A DNA stretch of 64,000 nucleotides from an uncultured Gemmatimonadales bacterium. GTDB lineage: Bacteria; Gemmatimonadota; Gemmatimonadetes; Longimicrobiales; RSA9. The stretch is from positions 800,001-864,000 of the forward strand of contig CAWCUS010000006.1 of the NCBI GenBank assembly GCA_963798845.1. The letters run 5' to 3'. A model generated the notes under the pieces. That model had not been told where the DNA came from and made no database searches. It worked only from the letters and a program-made list of their open reading frames with translations. Positions within the stretch are counted from its first letter, which is position 1; each line of letters opens with the position of its first letter. Shown piece by piece: positions 11,152 through 21,368 of the stretch. A program made the position numbers and the translations under genes.

Positions 11152-12030
11152 ATGAGCGTCACCCTCGCCCCGCTGCAACGGCGGCGTCTGGGCCGCACGG
11201 GGCTGGTCGTCTCGCCGCTCGGACTGGCGGCGTTCTCGGTACGTGGCGCGGTCCGCAGACAGCGCGGGCTCACGCCGGAGGACGTGGAGGCCGCGTTCCA
11301 CGAGCACGGCGTCAACACGTTCCTGGCGAGCTATCTGATGCCGGCGATCTGCGAGGGTGTGCGTCGCCTGATCCGCGCCGGCCACCGCGACGAGCTGGTC
11401 CTCGTCTCCGAGGTCGGGGTCCCGCTCCCGGGATCGGTGCGCCGAGGCCTCCAGCGTCACCTGCGCGTGCTGGGCACCGACCACCTCGACGCCTGGCTGT
11501 TCGGCTGGGTGCGCGCGCGCTGGCATGTGCGGCAGTCGGTGTGGGACGAGATGCGACGCCTGCGGGAGGAGGGTCGCACCCGGGCGATCGGATATTCCTC
11601 CCACGACCGGCCGCTGGCGGCGGACCTGGTGGCGGAGCTGGATCCCGACGTGCTCATGGTGCGGTACAATGCTGCCCACCGGGGGGCGGAGCGTGAGGTG
11701 TTCCCGCATCTCGCGGCGAGCCGCGAGGACCGGCCGGGCGTGATCGCCTACACCGCCACCCGCTGGGGAATGCTGCTCGAGCCTCTCCCCGAGCTGGGCT
11801 TCACGGGCATGACGGCGGCGGAGTGCTACCGTTTTTCTCTCGGCCACCCGGCCGTGGACACGGTCTGGTGTGCACCCGGCAGCAGCGCCGAGCTCCGCGA
11901 GGACGTTGAAGGCGCGCGGGCAGGACCACTGGAGCCGGGGCGGCTGGAGGAGGTCCGCCGCTTCGGTGACACCGTCCACGACGCCGCGCGCGGCGGCCGG
12001 CGCTGGATGTTCGGCCGCTCGGCCGGGTGA
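11152..12030 (+). CDS. Aldo/keto reductase family protein (divergent)
   Basis: RRRLGRTGLVVSPLGL N-terminus, LGTDHLD, GRTRAIGYSSH, MVRYN; canonical catalytic residues not obvious. Confidence 0.75.
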   Translation: MSVTLAPLQRRRLGRTGLVVSPLGLAAFSVRGAVRRQRGLTPEDVEAAFHEHGVNTFLASYLMPAICEGVRRLIRAGHRDELVLVSEVGVPLPGSVRRGLQRHLRVLGTDHLDAWLFGWVRARWHVRQSVWDEMRRLREEGRTRAIGYSSHDRPLAADLVAELDPDVLMVRYNAAHRGAEREVFPHLAASREDRPGVIAYTATRWGMLLEPLPELGFTGMTAAECYRFSLGHPAVDTVWCAPGSSAELREDVEGARAGPLEPGRLEEVRRFGDTVHDAARGGRRWMFGRSAG

Positions 12031-12233
12031 CTCACCCCGTCCCCGGTCGGCGGGGCGGGCCTGCGGCGGCTCGGATGCTGCGTGCGGGGCGTCGCACCCG
12101 AAGGGAAGAAAGGAGCCGTGCGTGGCGGAGCGTGAATACATCGCCGAGATGCTGAAGTCCGGGAGCATCCGTTGAGCGGCGCCTGCAGCGCGGACGATCG
12201 GCGGTGGAGCGAACCACGACGGACGGAGCGGCG

Positions 12234-13058
12234 ATGAGTCGGGCGGACACGTTGGCGGGGCCGACACAGTTCCTTCAATCTCGGGATGGGCGCATCGCGT
12301 ACGACGTCGCTGGCGATGGCCCGCTCGTGCTTTGTGTCCCCGGGATGGGCGAGCTGCGGTCGTCGTTCCGGTTCCTCGCCCCGGAGCTGGTGAGCGCGGG
12401 CTTCCGCGTGGCGACCATGGACCTCCGGGGTCACGGCGAGAGCGACGTGGGCTTCCGCTCCTACGACAATGTGGCCGCGGGCACCAATGTCGTTTCTCTG
12501 CTGGAAGAGCTGGGCGGCGTCGGTATTCTCGTGGGGAACTCCATGGGCGCCGGGGCCGCTGCCTGGGCGGCGGCGGAGGTGCCGGAAAAGGTGGCCGGGC
12601 TGGTCCTGGTCGGGCCGTTCGTTCGGCAGGTGCCCGTGGGACGCGCCATGGAGCTGCTGTTTCGCGTTGCCATGATGCGCCCGTGGGGTCGCGCCGCATG
12701 GCTGTCCTGGTACCCCCGCCTGTTTCCGGGGCGCAAGCCACCGGACTTCGAAGAGCACCGGCGCCGGATCGGGCGAGCGCTGCGCGAGCCGGGGCGGTGG
12801 GACGCCTTCGCGGCCACTACCCGGACGTCGCACGCGCCGGTGGAGGCGAGGCTCGACGACGTCCGCGCACCGACGCTCGTGGTCATGGGCTCGGCGGACC
12901 CCGACTTCCCCGATCCCGCGGCCGAGGCTCGCTGGGTCGCGGACCGTCTCGGAGCGACGGTCCTCATGGTGCCGGGGGCCGGCCACTACCCACAGGCCGA
13001 GTACCCGGAGGTGGTGTCACCCGCCGTGGTGGAGTTCGCATCCCGACTGCGGCCGTGA
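12234..13058 (+). CDS. Alpha/beta hydrolase
   Basis: DLRGHGES, nucleophile elbow GNSMG, GSADPD, GAGHYP. Confidence 0.9.
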   Translation: MSRADTLAGPTQFLQSRDGRIAYDVAGDGPLVLCVPGMGELRSSFRFLAPELVSAGFRVATMDLRGHGESDVGFRSYDNVAAGTNVVSLLEELGGVGILVGNSMGAGAAAWAAAEVPEKVAGLVLVGPFVRQVPVGRAMELLFRVAMMRPWGRAAWLSWYPRLFPGRKPPDFEEHRRRIGRALREPGRWDAFAATTRTSHAPVEARLDDVRAPTLVVMGSADPDFPDPAAEARWVADRLGATVLMVPGAGHYPQAEYPEVVSPAVVEFASRLRP

Positions 13059-13753
13059 ACGACCGCTCAGCGCCGGCATCCGCAGGCGCGCCGATCTGGC
13101 CGTTCGTCGCGCCGTTCGCGCTCTTCATCGGCCTGCTCGCAGTCGAGCCGTACCTTGCGGACGCCGTGGCGCCGACCCTCGATCCGCGCTGGCTCTACGG
13201 CATCCGCTCCGCCCTCACCGCCGCGCTGCTCATCGCCCTTTGGCCCCGGTACGCCGCGATTCCCGGCATCTGGGGGCCCCGCGCGGCAGGGGGTGCGGCG
13301 TGGGTGGCGGGCGGGCTCGTCGGCGTCGCGGTGCTCGTCGCCTGGGTCCTCCTGGACGTGCCTCCGTTCGTGCTCGGGGAAGCGCACGCCTTCGACCCCA
13401 CGGTCGGCGACCGGGTGCACGTCGGCCTCGCCGCGGCCCGCGTGGCGGGGGCGACGCTCGTGGTCCCCGTCATGGAGGAGCTGTTCTGGCGCTGCTTCAT
13501 CATGCGCTGGCTGGAGCGCCCTCGCTTCCTCGAAGTGCTCCCGCGCAACGTGGGGTGGAAGGCGCTGCTCATCTCTTCCGCCGTTTTCGCGCTGGAGCAC
13601 CGCCTCTGGCTGGCGGGGTTGCTGGCGGGCCTCGCCTATGGGGAGCTGTACAGGCGCACCGGGAGCCTCCGCGTGGCCATCTTCGCCCACGCCGTCACCA
13701 ACGGGCTGTTGGGCGCCTACGTCCTCGTGACGGGAAGCTGGAGCTTCTGGTGA
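13055..13753 (+). CDS. CAAX prenyl-protease-related (CPBP) protein of the type associated with exosortase/PEP-CTERM loci
   Basis: GTG 13055 overlapping the upstream stop; VPVMEELFWR, FALEH, HAVTN, C-terminal WSFW. Confidence 0.85.
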   Translation: MNDRSAPASAGAPIWPFVAPFALFIGLLAVEPYLADAVAPTLDPRWLYGIRSALTAALLIALWPRYAAIPGIWGPRAAGGAAWVAGGLVGVAVLVAWVLLDVPPFVLGEAHAFDPTVGDRVHVGLAAARVAGATLVVPVMEELFWRCFIMRWLERPRFLEVLPRNVGWKALLISSAVFALEHRLWLAGLLAGLAYGELYRRTGSLRVAIFAHAVTNGLLGAYVLVTGSWSFW

Positions 13754-13843
13754 CGCAGGCCCGGGAAGTCGTGAGCCGGCGCACGCCGACCGATCGCCGG
13801 CCATCGGCGCAGGCGGTCAGGGCCCCGGCTTCGAAGTGTTCAC

Positions 13844-14638
13844 CTACAAACGGGTGATCAGATAGACGATCGGCGGGATCAGTACCAGCACGCTCCTCAG
13901 CATTCCGAGCGAGAAGATGCCGCCCTTCTTCTTCTCCGGAACCATGATGCGGTCGCCGGCCTGGAGATTGAGCTGGTCGAGCGTCCGTCCTGCGGTGACG
14001 GCCTGCTGGAGGGCGTCGCCTGCCCACACCACGCGGTCGCCGCGGCGGATCTCCATGTGGTCGAGGTCCGCACTCGAGATCGGGCCGCCGGCCGTCATGA
14101 GGGCATCCTGGATCATGGCGTCGGCAGGGATGACATAGAAGCCCTGCTGCCCCACCTGCCCCAGTACGGCGAGCCGGATCAGGCTGTGGGCGCGCACGTT
14201 GGCATCCCGTACGTAGCGAGCGATCTGCTGCGCCAGGTGCTGCTCCAGCTCCGATCGCAGAACGCCCGCCAGCGACACTTCGCCGATATCGGGCAGCACG
14301 ATTACACGGCCGGGCTGAACCGCCACGGTGTCGCTCAGCTGCGGCTGTCCCTGGACCCACAGGACCACGCGGTCTCCGATCTGGAAGTCACCCGTCTGCA
14401 GACGGCTGCGGATGAACTCCGCCTCCCTCTGGGCCTGGTCCCGCACCTTCGAGCTGTAGCCGGGAGATTCCGCGGCCTCGTCCAGCCGCTGGACGATTTC
14501 GGTCAGCTGGGCCCGGGTCATCTCGGTGGTGCGGGGGTCCCAACGGATCCCGCTCTGGGCAGCCACCGGAGCCGTGCCTGCGGCCAGCAGGCCCGCGGCG
14601 ACGAGGCTCCGCGCCAGAAGTGGATATATCCTGCTCAT
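13844..14638 (-). CDS. wza: Polysaccharide export protein (Wza/OPX-like, Poly_export + SLBB)
   Basis: FQIGDRVVL...GRVIVLPDIGEVSLAG, VLGQVGQQGFY, DALMTAGG, LQAGDRIMVP; coupled to wzc. Confidence 0.75.
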   Translation of the reverse strand: MSRIYPLLARSLVAAGLLAAGTAPVAAQSGIRWDPRTTEMTRAQLTEIVQRLDEAAESPGYSSKVRDQAQREAEFIRSRLQTGDFQIGDRVVLWVQGQPQLSDTVAVQPGRVIVLPDIGEVSLAGVLRSELEQHLAQQIARYVRDANVRAHSLIRLAVLGQVGQQGFYVIPADAMIQDALMTAGGPISSADLDHMEIRRGDRVVWAGDALQQAVTAGRTLDQLNLQAGDRIMVPEKKKGGIFSLGMLRSVLVLIPPIVYLITRL

Positions 14639-17034
14639 GCTGGAGCCTCCAGCTGTGCCGGTTCGTGTAGCTCGTTCTCATCCCGCGCGGCGTAGCCCGG
14701 GACGTAGCGGTAATACCCGTACCCGGACAATGGCGGCACCCCGTTGAACACTGCGCCGAGAAGGCGGATCGGAAGCCGCTCCAGCAGGTCCAGCTTGCTC
14801 TCCGCCATGTCCCGGTTCGTGGTCCCGCTCCGCACCACCACCAGCATGTTGCCGGTGAGCGTCCCGAGGGCGAACGGGTCCACGCCCGCGCCCAGCGGCG
14901 GGCTGTCCACGAGGATTGCGTCGTAGTCGCCGCGCAGACCCAGGAGCAGGTCCCGCATGGCCGCGGAGCTGAGCAGCTCCGGCCCGTGCCTGAGGCGGGA
15001 ACCGGAAGTGATCAGGTGCAGCCGCTCATAGCGCGTATGGCGGATCAGCTGGTCTTCCTCGATGGTCCCGTCCAGGAAGTCCATCAGGCCCGGCTTGCGC
15101 TCGCTGTCCAGGACGCGGTGGAGCGTCCCCCGGCGGATGTCTCCGTCGACCAGGAGCGTCCGGTAGCCGAGCTCCGAGAACGAGAGCGCCAGGTTCGACG
15201 CGACGAAGGATTTGCCGTCTCCGGGCCCCGGGCTCGATATCGTGAGCATCAGCGGGCCGGCGGAGCCGTACGCGTTCACCACGTTCAGCCGGATCGTCCG
15301 GAACGCCTCCAGGACCTCGTCCGTATGCTCCGTGTTCACCCGCTTCTTCCGAAGGTTCGGGATGCTGCCCAGCATGGTCAGCCCCATCTCCCTCGTGACC
15401 TGGTCCGCGTAGCGAAGCCGCGGGTCGAAGCGGTCGCGCAGGATCGCGCCCGCGACGCCCAGGCCCAGACTCAGGCCGAACGCCATCAGGATCAGCTGGA
15501 TCTTCTGGTCCGCCAGCGGTGCCTGCGGCACGGTCGCCTCGTCCAGCACCCGGACGTCCGGAATGCTGCTCGCCGCCGCCAGGCGGGCGGCTTCATAGCG
15601 GGACTGGAGCGTCGTGTACAGGTTGGTCGCGATCGACACACGCCGCTGCAGCCGCGCTTCCTCGATCGTCCGCGGAGGCACCTGCCGGAGCTCCGACGAG
15701 GCGGACGTCAGGTTCTTCTCGATCGCGCCGCGGCGCGCTGCGAGCTCCGATGCGAGCGAGCGCGCCAGCCGCGGGATCGTTGATTGCTCCAGCGTCCGGA
15801 TCTCCTCCGCAAGCTGCTTCAACGGCGGGTACTCCTCCGTGTACTGGTACTGCAGCGCCCGCAGGTCCGCTCGCTTCTTCGTCAGCTCGTTCAGCGCCGC
15901 CGACAGCTCCGCCGAGTTCTGAACCGACCCGATCGCTTCGAACGCCTCCGGCTGCACGCCGTTCGGGTCCTGCAGCGCGCGCAGGATCGCTTCCCGGTCC
16001 CGGGTCAGCTGCTCCGACTGCACCCGCATGTCGAAGAAGTTCTGGAAGACCGGGCCCTGCGTCATCGCGATCCCGGGAGTGATCGGCGTCGATGGCTCCG
16101 ACGGCAGCGTCACCGTGTGGATCTTGAAGCTCTCCAGCTCCCCTTCCGACTCCTTCAGCGACTCCTGCGCGTCCGCCAGCTGCTCGTCCAGGATCTTGAC
16201 CAGCTCATCCTGCTTCGCCCGCTTCAGCTGACCCGCTACCTCAATGTAGCGCTCCGCGATGGCGTTCAGGGTCCCCGCCGTCTTGGACGGGTCATTCCCG
16301 CGCAGCTCCAGGCGCAGGAAGTTGCCCATCTTGTCCAGCGACGTGCGCAGTCTGTTCCCCAGCATCAGCGATTCCTGGCGCGGCACCGAGATATGGAAAT
16401 CCACGGGCCGGTCCGCCGGGAACGAGGAGAGCGTCGGCTGCCATTGGAACCCGATCCTCGCACCCACGGAATCGCCGAAGCTCCCGCTCTCGACCCGGGT
16501 CCCGTCCCCACGCTCCAGCACGTACGTGCGCGCCCGCCGGTCCACCCGGAGCCGGAAATCACCGGGTGCGAACCGCTCCTTCAGGGTGAACCCGTCCAGA
16601 AGCATCGAGTCCGCCGGCTGCACCGGGTGCAGGTAGAGCTTCTCCGAGCGGACCACGTAATCCAGCACGACGAACGACCGCAGGAGGTCCACCCATGCCG
16701 ACGACGCCAGCAGCTCCTCCGATTGGATCGGCCCCGCGTCCGATCCGCCGCCCCTCCGGTCCGGCTGCTCGATCCATACCGTCGCCTGCGCCACATACTC
16801 CGGCTCCACGTACCGCGTGGCGAACGCACCGCCACCCGTGCCCAGAACCGTGAGCGCGAGGATGACCCACTTGTACCGAAGCACGGCCGCCAGCATCCGC
16901 TTCGGGTTCGCGCCGCCTTCCTCCTCATCCTTCGGGAAGGACGGCGGCAACGCGTTGTCCCGCGCCCGGGGCACCGGCGCCTGCTCCGTGCGGACCAGGT
17001 CCACCGGAGTCTCTGAAGATCGGTTCTCTGCCAT
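14635..17034 (-). CDS. wzc: Polysaccharide co-polymerase / BY-kinase (Wzc)
   Basis: Two TM with coiled-coil periplasmic region, Walker A PGPGDGKS, LLVDGDIRR, ILVDSPP, Tyr-rich tail GYGYYRY. Confidence 0.92.
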   Translation of the reverse strand: MAENRSSETPVDLVRTEQAPVPRARDNALPPSFPKDEEEGGANPKRMLAAVLRYKWVILALTVLGTGGGAFATRYVEPEYVAQATVWIEQPDRRGGGSDAGPIQSEELLASSAWVDLLRSFVVLDYVVRSEKLYLHPVQPADSMLLDGFTLKERFAPGDFRLRVDRRARTYVLERGDGTRVESGSFGDSVGARIGFQWQPTLSSFPADRPVDFHISVPRQESLMLGNRLRTSLDKMGNFLRLELRGNDPSKTAGTLNAIAERYIEVAGQLKRAKQDELVKILDEQLADAQESLKESEGELESFKIHTVTLPSEPSTPITPGIAMTQGPVFQNFFDMRVQSEQLTRDREAILRALQDPNGVQPEAFEAIGSVQNSAELSAALNELTKKRADLRALQYQYTEEYPPLKQLAEEIRTLEQSTIPRLARSLASELAARRGAIEKNLTSASSELRQVPPRTIEEARLQRRVSIATNLYTTLQSRYEAARLAAASSIPDVRVLDEATVPQAPLADQKIQLILMAFGLSLGLGVAGAILRDRFDPRLRYADQVTREMGLTMLGSIPNLRKKRVNTEHTDEVLEAFRTIRLNVVNAYGSAGPLMLTISSPGPGDGKSFVASNLALSFSELGYRTLLVDGDIRRGTLHRVLDSERKPGLMDFLDGTIEEDQLIRHTRYERLHLITSGSRLRHGPELLSSAAMRDLLLGLRGDYDAILVDSPPLGAGVDPFALGTLTGNMLVVVRSGTTNRDMAESKLDLLERLPIRLLGAVFNGVPPLSGYGYYRYVPGYAARDENELHEPAQLEAPA

Positions 17035-17113
17035 GACTGCGCTTTATCTTGTCCTGGGCGGAAATCCAAATGGGGTGGGGAGAGGACGGGCACCCCAGAA
17101 GCATCGGCTCATC

Positions 17114-17129
17114 TGCAACTGCAATGCCG
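17114..17129 (-). promoter_or_regulatory. Sigma-54 -24/-12 promoter for wzc-wza
   Basis: Minus strand CGGCATTGCAGTTGCA (GG-N10-GC, near consensus), 80 bp before the wzc start. Confidence 0.7.
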
Positions 17130-17247
17130 CCAAATCGCCCTCTCGCGCATCATATTGCGCGAACTTGCCCGAAAACTAACGATAACCTGCGTCCCGCAGG
17201 GGCACCACCCCGCGCGACGCCCCCGGACGGCGGCTCGAACCGGCCGG

Positions 17248-17286
17248 TGTTGCGGTCCATCCACAGTTCGTGGCCGGATCACCACA
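17248..17286. promoter_or_regulatory. Tandem enhancer-like boxes in the divergent wzc / sugar-transferase region
   Basis: TGTTG-N8-CCACA (17248-17265) and CGTGG-N8-CCACA (17269-17286), 21 bp apart. Confidence 0.6.
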
Positions 17287-17473
17287 GAGCGGCCCCATCG
17301 GCGGCTCGGCCACCAAATTCTAAAGTCGTTGTGCCACAGGCACTTGCGAGGGAGATACCGCGATGAGCCACAATGCGAACGCGCCTTGCACTCGTTTCCG
17401 GCAGCGGTCAATTGCACACCCTTGTCGGTCTACCTCCAACAGTCGGAACGAGAAAGCGTGATCCCCACTTTCC

Positions 17474-17489
17474 AGGATCCCGGGTTGCA
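17474..17489 (+). promoter_or_regulatory. Possible sigma-54 promoter for the sugar transferase-exosortase operon
   Basis: AGGATCCCGGGTTGCA (GG-N10-GC, TTGCA at -12; weak -24 box). Confidence 0.35.
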
Positions 17490-17547
17490 CGGCGCCCGAC
17501 GCAGGGCCGTGAATTTGGCACCTCTGAAGTTCGACGGCACGAGCATC

Positions 17548-18231
17548 GTGACGGCGGACCTCCCCACCTGGGCGAGCCTCGACTTCGGCGCCCTGGGTGG
17601 TGAAGGGACGCGACGCGTGTTGAACGTGGTGGTCGCATTCGTCGCGCTCGTGGTCCTCCTTCCCGTGATGGCGCTGGTCGCGCTGCTGGTCTGGCTTTCC
17701 TCGCCGGGTCCGGTGATCTATCGTCAGACGCGGGTAGGCGTGGACCGCAGGAGCCCGCGTCTGCCGTCGGGGAACTGGCGGCGGAGTGACGATCTCGGCG
17801 GTCGGCCGTTCACGATGTACAAGTTCCGGACCATGTACGAGGCCGATCAGGCGGTGGAGGTCTGGGCCACGCCGGACGATCCGCGGGTCACGCCGTTGGG
17901 GCGGATTCTCCGGCAGTTCCGTCTGGACGAGCTGCCGCAGCTGGTGAACGTGCTGAAGGGCGACATGAACATCGTGGGCCCGCGGCCGGAGCAGCCGAGC
18001 ATCTTCGCCGAGCTGCGGGAGCAGGTGCCTGGCTACGAGCACAGGCAGCGGGTGCTGCCGGGGATCACGGGCTGGGCGCAGGTCAGTCGCCCGTACGACA
18101 CCTCGGTCGAGGATGTCCGGCGCAAGGTGGAGCTCGACCTGGAGTACATCAACCGGACCTCGGTTGCGCACGATTTCCTGATCATGCTGCAGACGGTCCC
18201 GGTACTGATCGGAAGAAAAGGAGCCTGGTGA
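17548..18231 (+). CDS. Priming phosphoglycosyl (sugar) transferase, WcaJ/EpsB-like C-terminal domain; start uncertain (17509 or 17548)
   Basis: KFRTM, DDPRVT, LDELPQLVNVLKGDMNIVGPRPE, PGITGWAQV, DLEYI. Confidence 0.92.
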   Translation: MTADLPTWASLDFGALGGEGTRRVLNVVVAFVALVVLLPVMALVALLVWLSSPGPVIYRQTRVGVDRRSPRLPSGNWRRSDDLGGRPFTMYKFRTMYEADQAVEVWATPDDPRVTPLGRILRQFRLDELPQLVNVLKGDMNIVGPRPEQPSIFAELREQVPGYEHRQRVLPGITGWAQVSRPYDTSVEDVRRKVELDLEYINRTSVAHDFLIMLQTVPVLIGRKGAW

Positions 18232-19127
18232 AGGGTGCCGCCGTGCACGTCCGCGCCTCGCCGCAACAGCGGGCGGTGGCCCGGACGGAGCGTTTTCAGT
18301 GGCAGATCGCCGTCCCCATAGCCGTAGCGGTGGCGGCGTTCGTCATTCTGTACGCAGAGCCGTTCAGGACGCTGGTCCGCGACTGGTGGTCCGACCCGGA
18401 GGCCGCGCACGGGCTGCTGCTGGCGCCGCTTGCCGCCTGGCTGCTGTGGCGCCGGGGACTGATCGCTGAGCCGCGACGCCAGCGTCTTCTGGGCGGTGCA
18501 ATGCTGCTGGCCGCTGTCGCGCTCCGCTACGCGTCGGGTCTCGCGGCGGAACTTTTCACCATGCGGTTCTCGCTGCTGCTCGCCGGGGCGGCGCTGGTGG
18601 TTTACACGCGCGGCTTCCGTCAGCTTCTTCACTGGTGGCTCCCGGTCACGCTTCTCCTGCTCTCCATCCCGTTGCCTGCAGTCGTGACCGGCACGCTCGC
18701 GCTCCCGCTCCAGTTCAGGGCGTCGCAGATGGGCGCCGCGCTGCTCGGGTGGCGTCACGTCCCGGTCCTGCTGGAGGGGAACGTGATCCACATGCCGGGC
18801 CAGAGCCTGTTCGTCACGGAAGCGTGCAGCGGACTGCGATCGCTCACGGCGCTGCTCGCGCTCGGAGTCCTCATCGGGGGCTTGTGGCTGCAGAAGCCCG
18901 TGTCGCGGGCGCTGCTGGTCCTGCTTGCCCTCCCCGTGGCCGTGTTCCTGAACGGGATCCGGGTCTTTCTAACGGGCTTTTTCGTGTTCTACGTGAGCCC
19001 GGAGATGGGACGCGGCTTGATGCACTACACGGAAGGCTGGGTGATTTTCGTCGCGGCGTTCGCGATCCTCGGCGGCTTCGCCTGGCTCCTCACCGCGGCC
19101 GAAGAGCGGCTGGGAAGGGCTTCGTGA
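18228..19127 (+). CDS. epsH: Exosortase (EpsH-type transpeptidase)
   Basis: Multi-TM; HGLL, VTEACSGLRSL (catalytic Cys), NGIR (Arg), MHYTEGW (His). Confidence 0.93.
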   Translation: MKGAAVHVRASPQQRAVARTERFQWQIAVPIAVAVAAFVILYAEPFRTLVRDWWSDPEAAHGLLLAPLAAWLLWRRGLIAEPRRQRLLGGAMLLAAVALRYASGLAAELFTMRFSLLLAGAALVVYTRGFRQLLHWWLPVTLLLLSIPLPAVVTGTLALPLQFRASQMGAALLGWRHVPVLLEGNVIHMPGQSLFVTEACSGLRSLTALLALGVLIGGLWLQKPVSRALLVLLALPVAVFLNGIRVFLTGFFVFYVSPEMGRGLMHYTEGWVIFVAAFAILGGFAWLLTAAEERLGRAS

Positions 19128-19795
19128 ATCGGCACATCGCGCTCTGGTTCCCGGCCGCAGTCCTGGTTCTCGGGGCCGCGGTGACCGTGGGCGTCGACAC
19201 CCAGCGCGCGCTCCCGCTTCAGCGCGGCCTGGACGACGCCGTCCCCCGGCGTATCGACGGTTACCTCGGCGCCGACCAGCAGATCGCGGAGGAGGAGCTC
19301 CGGGTAGTGGGCGTGTCCGACTACCTGTACCGGGTCTTCCGGCCCGCGCCGGCCGGTGCTTCGGCGCCCGCAGTGGCCGGCGCGGAGGCGTCGCCGTACT
19401 CGCTCTACGTCGGCTACTACGACCAGCAGCAGCGAGGCAGGACCATCCACTCGCCGAAGAACTGCCTCCCGGGTGCCGGGTGGGAGGCGCTGACGTCGGC
19501 GAGCCAGAAGATCGCGGTCGGAAACGGCGCGGTGACGGTGAACCGCTACCTGATCCAGAGGGAGGACGAGCGGGCGCTGGTGCTTTACTGGTACCAGGGT
19601 CGGGGCCGGGTTGCGTCGAACGAGTATCGGGTCAAGCTCGATCTCCTGCGCGACTCCGCACTGAAGGGCCGGAGCGACGAGGCGCTGGTCCGGATCGTGG
19701 TCCCCGTGACCCGCACGGCGGACGAGGCGCTCGGCCGGGCGACGACCGCCGCGCAGGCCATCATACCGGCGCTCTGGTCCGCCTTGCCGTCGTGA
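19124..19795 (+). CDS. epsI: EpsI family exosortase-associated periplasmic protein
   Basis: GTGA overlap with exosortase; LYVGYY..Q..G.TIHSPKNCLPGAGW, VLYWYQ, RSDEALVRI. Confidence 0.9.
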   Translation: MNRHIALWFPAAVLVLGAAVTVGVDTQRALPLQRGLDDAVPRRIDGYLGADQQIAEEELRVVGVSDYLYRVFRPAPAGASAPAVAGAEASPYSLYVGYYDQQQRGRTIHSPKNCLPGAGWEALTSASQKIAVGNGAVTVNRYLIQREDERALVLYWYQGRGRVASNEYRVKLDLLRDSALKGRSDEALVRIVVPVTRTADEALGRATTAAQAIIPALWSALPS

Positions 19796-19805
19796 GGAGG
19801 GGCAG

Positions 19806-20336
19806 TTGAACAGAGGTGATCCGCTCGGGAAGGTGCTGAGGGCCATGTACGGCGTGGCCGCGATCCTCGTGCTCGCCCCGCTGATGGACCTTTCGACGCG
19901 TGTTTGGCCGGTCCACCCCGGATCGCCCAACTGGCGCTTCGGCACGTCCGGTCTCTTCGCCAGCGCGCTCCTTCTGCCGTTGCTGGGGCTGGCCGTTGCG
20001 CTCGGTACGGCCGCGGCGCTCCGGCATCGACGAACCCTGCGGGTGCTGTCCCTGGGCGCCTACGTGGCCGCGATCGGGATGCTGTTCGGCGCAGGGCTCT
20101 TTGCGCTGGACTTCCTCCAGCTCCGGGGGAACGTGGAGCCGACGATGCTGGGTCGGTACGATGTCGCTTCGGTCAAGGCCGGAGTGCTGCTGCTGCTGGC
20201 CGTGGTGGTGACGGCCTGGCTCGGCGCAGGCGGCTGGAGGGCTGCGCGCGCCGTTTCCAGGCGCGACGCTGTATCCGGGCGATCCGGTCGCGTCGGAGTT
20301 TTGGTGAAATCGAGTGCTCGAGAGGAAGCGTCATGA
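19806..20336 (+). CDS. 4-TM membrane protein, paralogue A (W[RE]FG motif; HpsJ-like by recollection)
   Basis: D.....WPVHPGSPNWRFGT....LLLPLLGL; stop overlaps the PEP-CTERM ATG (ATGA at 20333-20336). Confidence 0.8.
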   Translation: MNRGDPLGKVLRAMYGVAAILVLAPLMDLSTRVWPVHPGSPNWRFGTSGLFASALLLPLLGLAVALGTAAALRHRRTLRVLSLGAYVAAIGMLFGAGLFALDFLQLRGNVEPTMLGRYDVASVKAGVLLLLAVVVTAWLGAGGWRAARAVSRRDAVSGRSGRVGVLVKSSAREEAS

Positions 20337-21049
20337 CAGGTACCATAAAGCGCTGGACAGTCCTTGCCGCCGTCGCAGGTTTCATCGCGCTGCCGGGCAC
20401 AGCGGCGGCCCAGGTGCCGTTCCCCGACGGCAGCGGCGCGGATCTCGGCTTCGCGCGCAACCTCGTGGCCACGGGGCCCGAGGTCTTCGTCCAGTATCTC
20501 GGCTACAGCGCCGACTACAACGACGTCACCTACCTGTACTACGGTGGCGTGCTGTACCCGCTGTTCAACAATCATTCGAGCCCCGTGGGTACTGTTTTCC
20601 GGCTGAACGACGTGATCGAGGCCGCGACGTCGAACCCCTTCACGTTCGACAAATGGGACCGGCTGGTCTTTGCGGCCCACGTGGAGTCCACGACGACGAG
20701 GTGGGCACACGCGGCCGACCAGAACCAGTGGTACTTCACGGACGACCCGTCGTCGAATCCGGACGGCCTGGACCACGCGAAGCTCGCCACCTACGCCGGC
20801 ATCGGGTGGTACGCGCCTCCTGTGGGCTCCCTGACGGGGGCCGCGGGAACCCGGACCTTCGATAGGCAGTTGGGCTTCGAGGACCTGTACGGCGGCGGCG
20901 ACCGCGACTACAACGACGTCGTGTTCGCCGCCGAGGGTGTGGGCGTGGTGCCCGAGCCGTCCTCCATTCTGCTCCTCGCCACCGGTCTCCTCGGGCTCCT
21001 GGGCTTCGCCGCCCTGAAGCGCCGCCGGCGCAGCGAGGCGCGGGTCTGA
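20333..21049 (+). CDS. PEP-CTERM protein 1 (DUF4114-like Ca-binding-type motif)
   Basis: Signal peptide ...AAAQ; LGFEDLYGGGDRDYNDVVF; VPEPSSILLLATGLLGLLGFAALKRRRR. Confidence 0.92.
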   Translation: MTGTIKRWTVLAAVAGFIALPGTAAAQVPFPDGSGADLGFARNLVATGPEVFVQYLGYSADYNDVTYLYYGGVLYPLFNNHSSPVGTVFRLNDVIEAATSNPFTFDKWDRLVFAAHVESTTTRWAHAADQNQWYFTDDPSSNPDGLDHAKLATYAGIGWYAPPVGSLTGAAGTRTFDRQLGFEDLYGGGDRDYNDVVFAAEGVGVVPEPSSILLLATGLLGLLGFAALKRRRRSEARV

Positions 21050-21368
21050 GGGTCGTCGGGATCGCTTTCAGGATGACGTAGCTCCGCCCGAGCGAGTCGA
21101 CCGGATCGGACGGGCGGCGGAGGGACCCCGGGTTTCTCCGCCGCCCGTTTCGGATGGTGGTGCCGGCGAATGATCGGAGGCCGTGCCTTTCCAGCGCGGC
21201 GCCACTATAATCAACGGGTGAACTGACACGGCGCCGAACCTCTCCCCGACGGCGCCGGAGCCATCACGGATCGCCAGACCTGCACGTGTTCCACTCCTTC
21301 CACTCCGCGCTGGCGCGGGTGCGTGAATCAACGCGGGCAATGCAACGGATGTCCAGCTTGATGGACCG

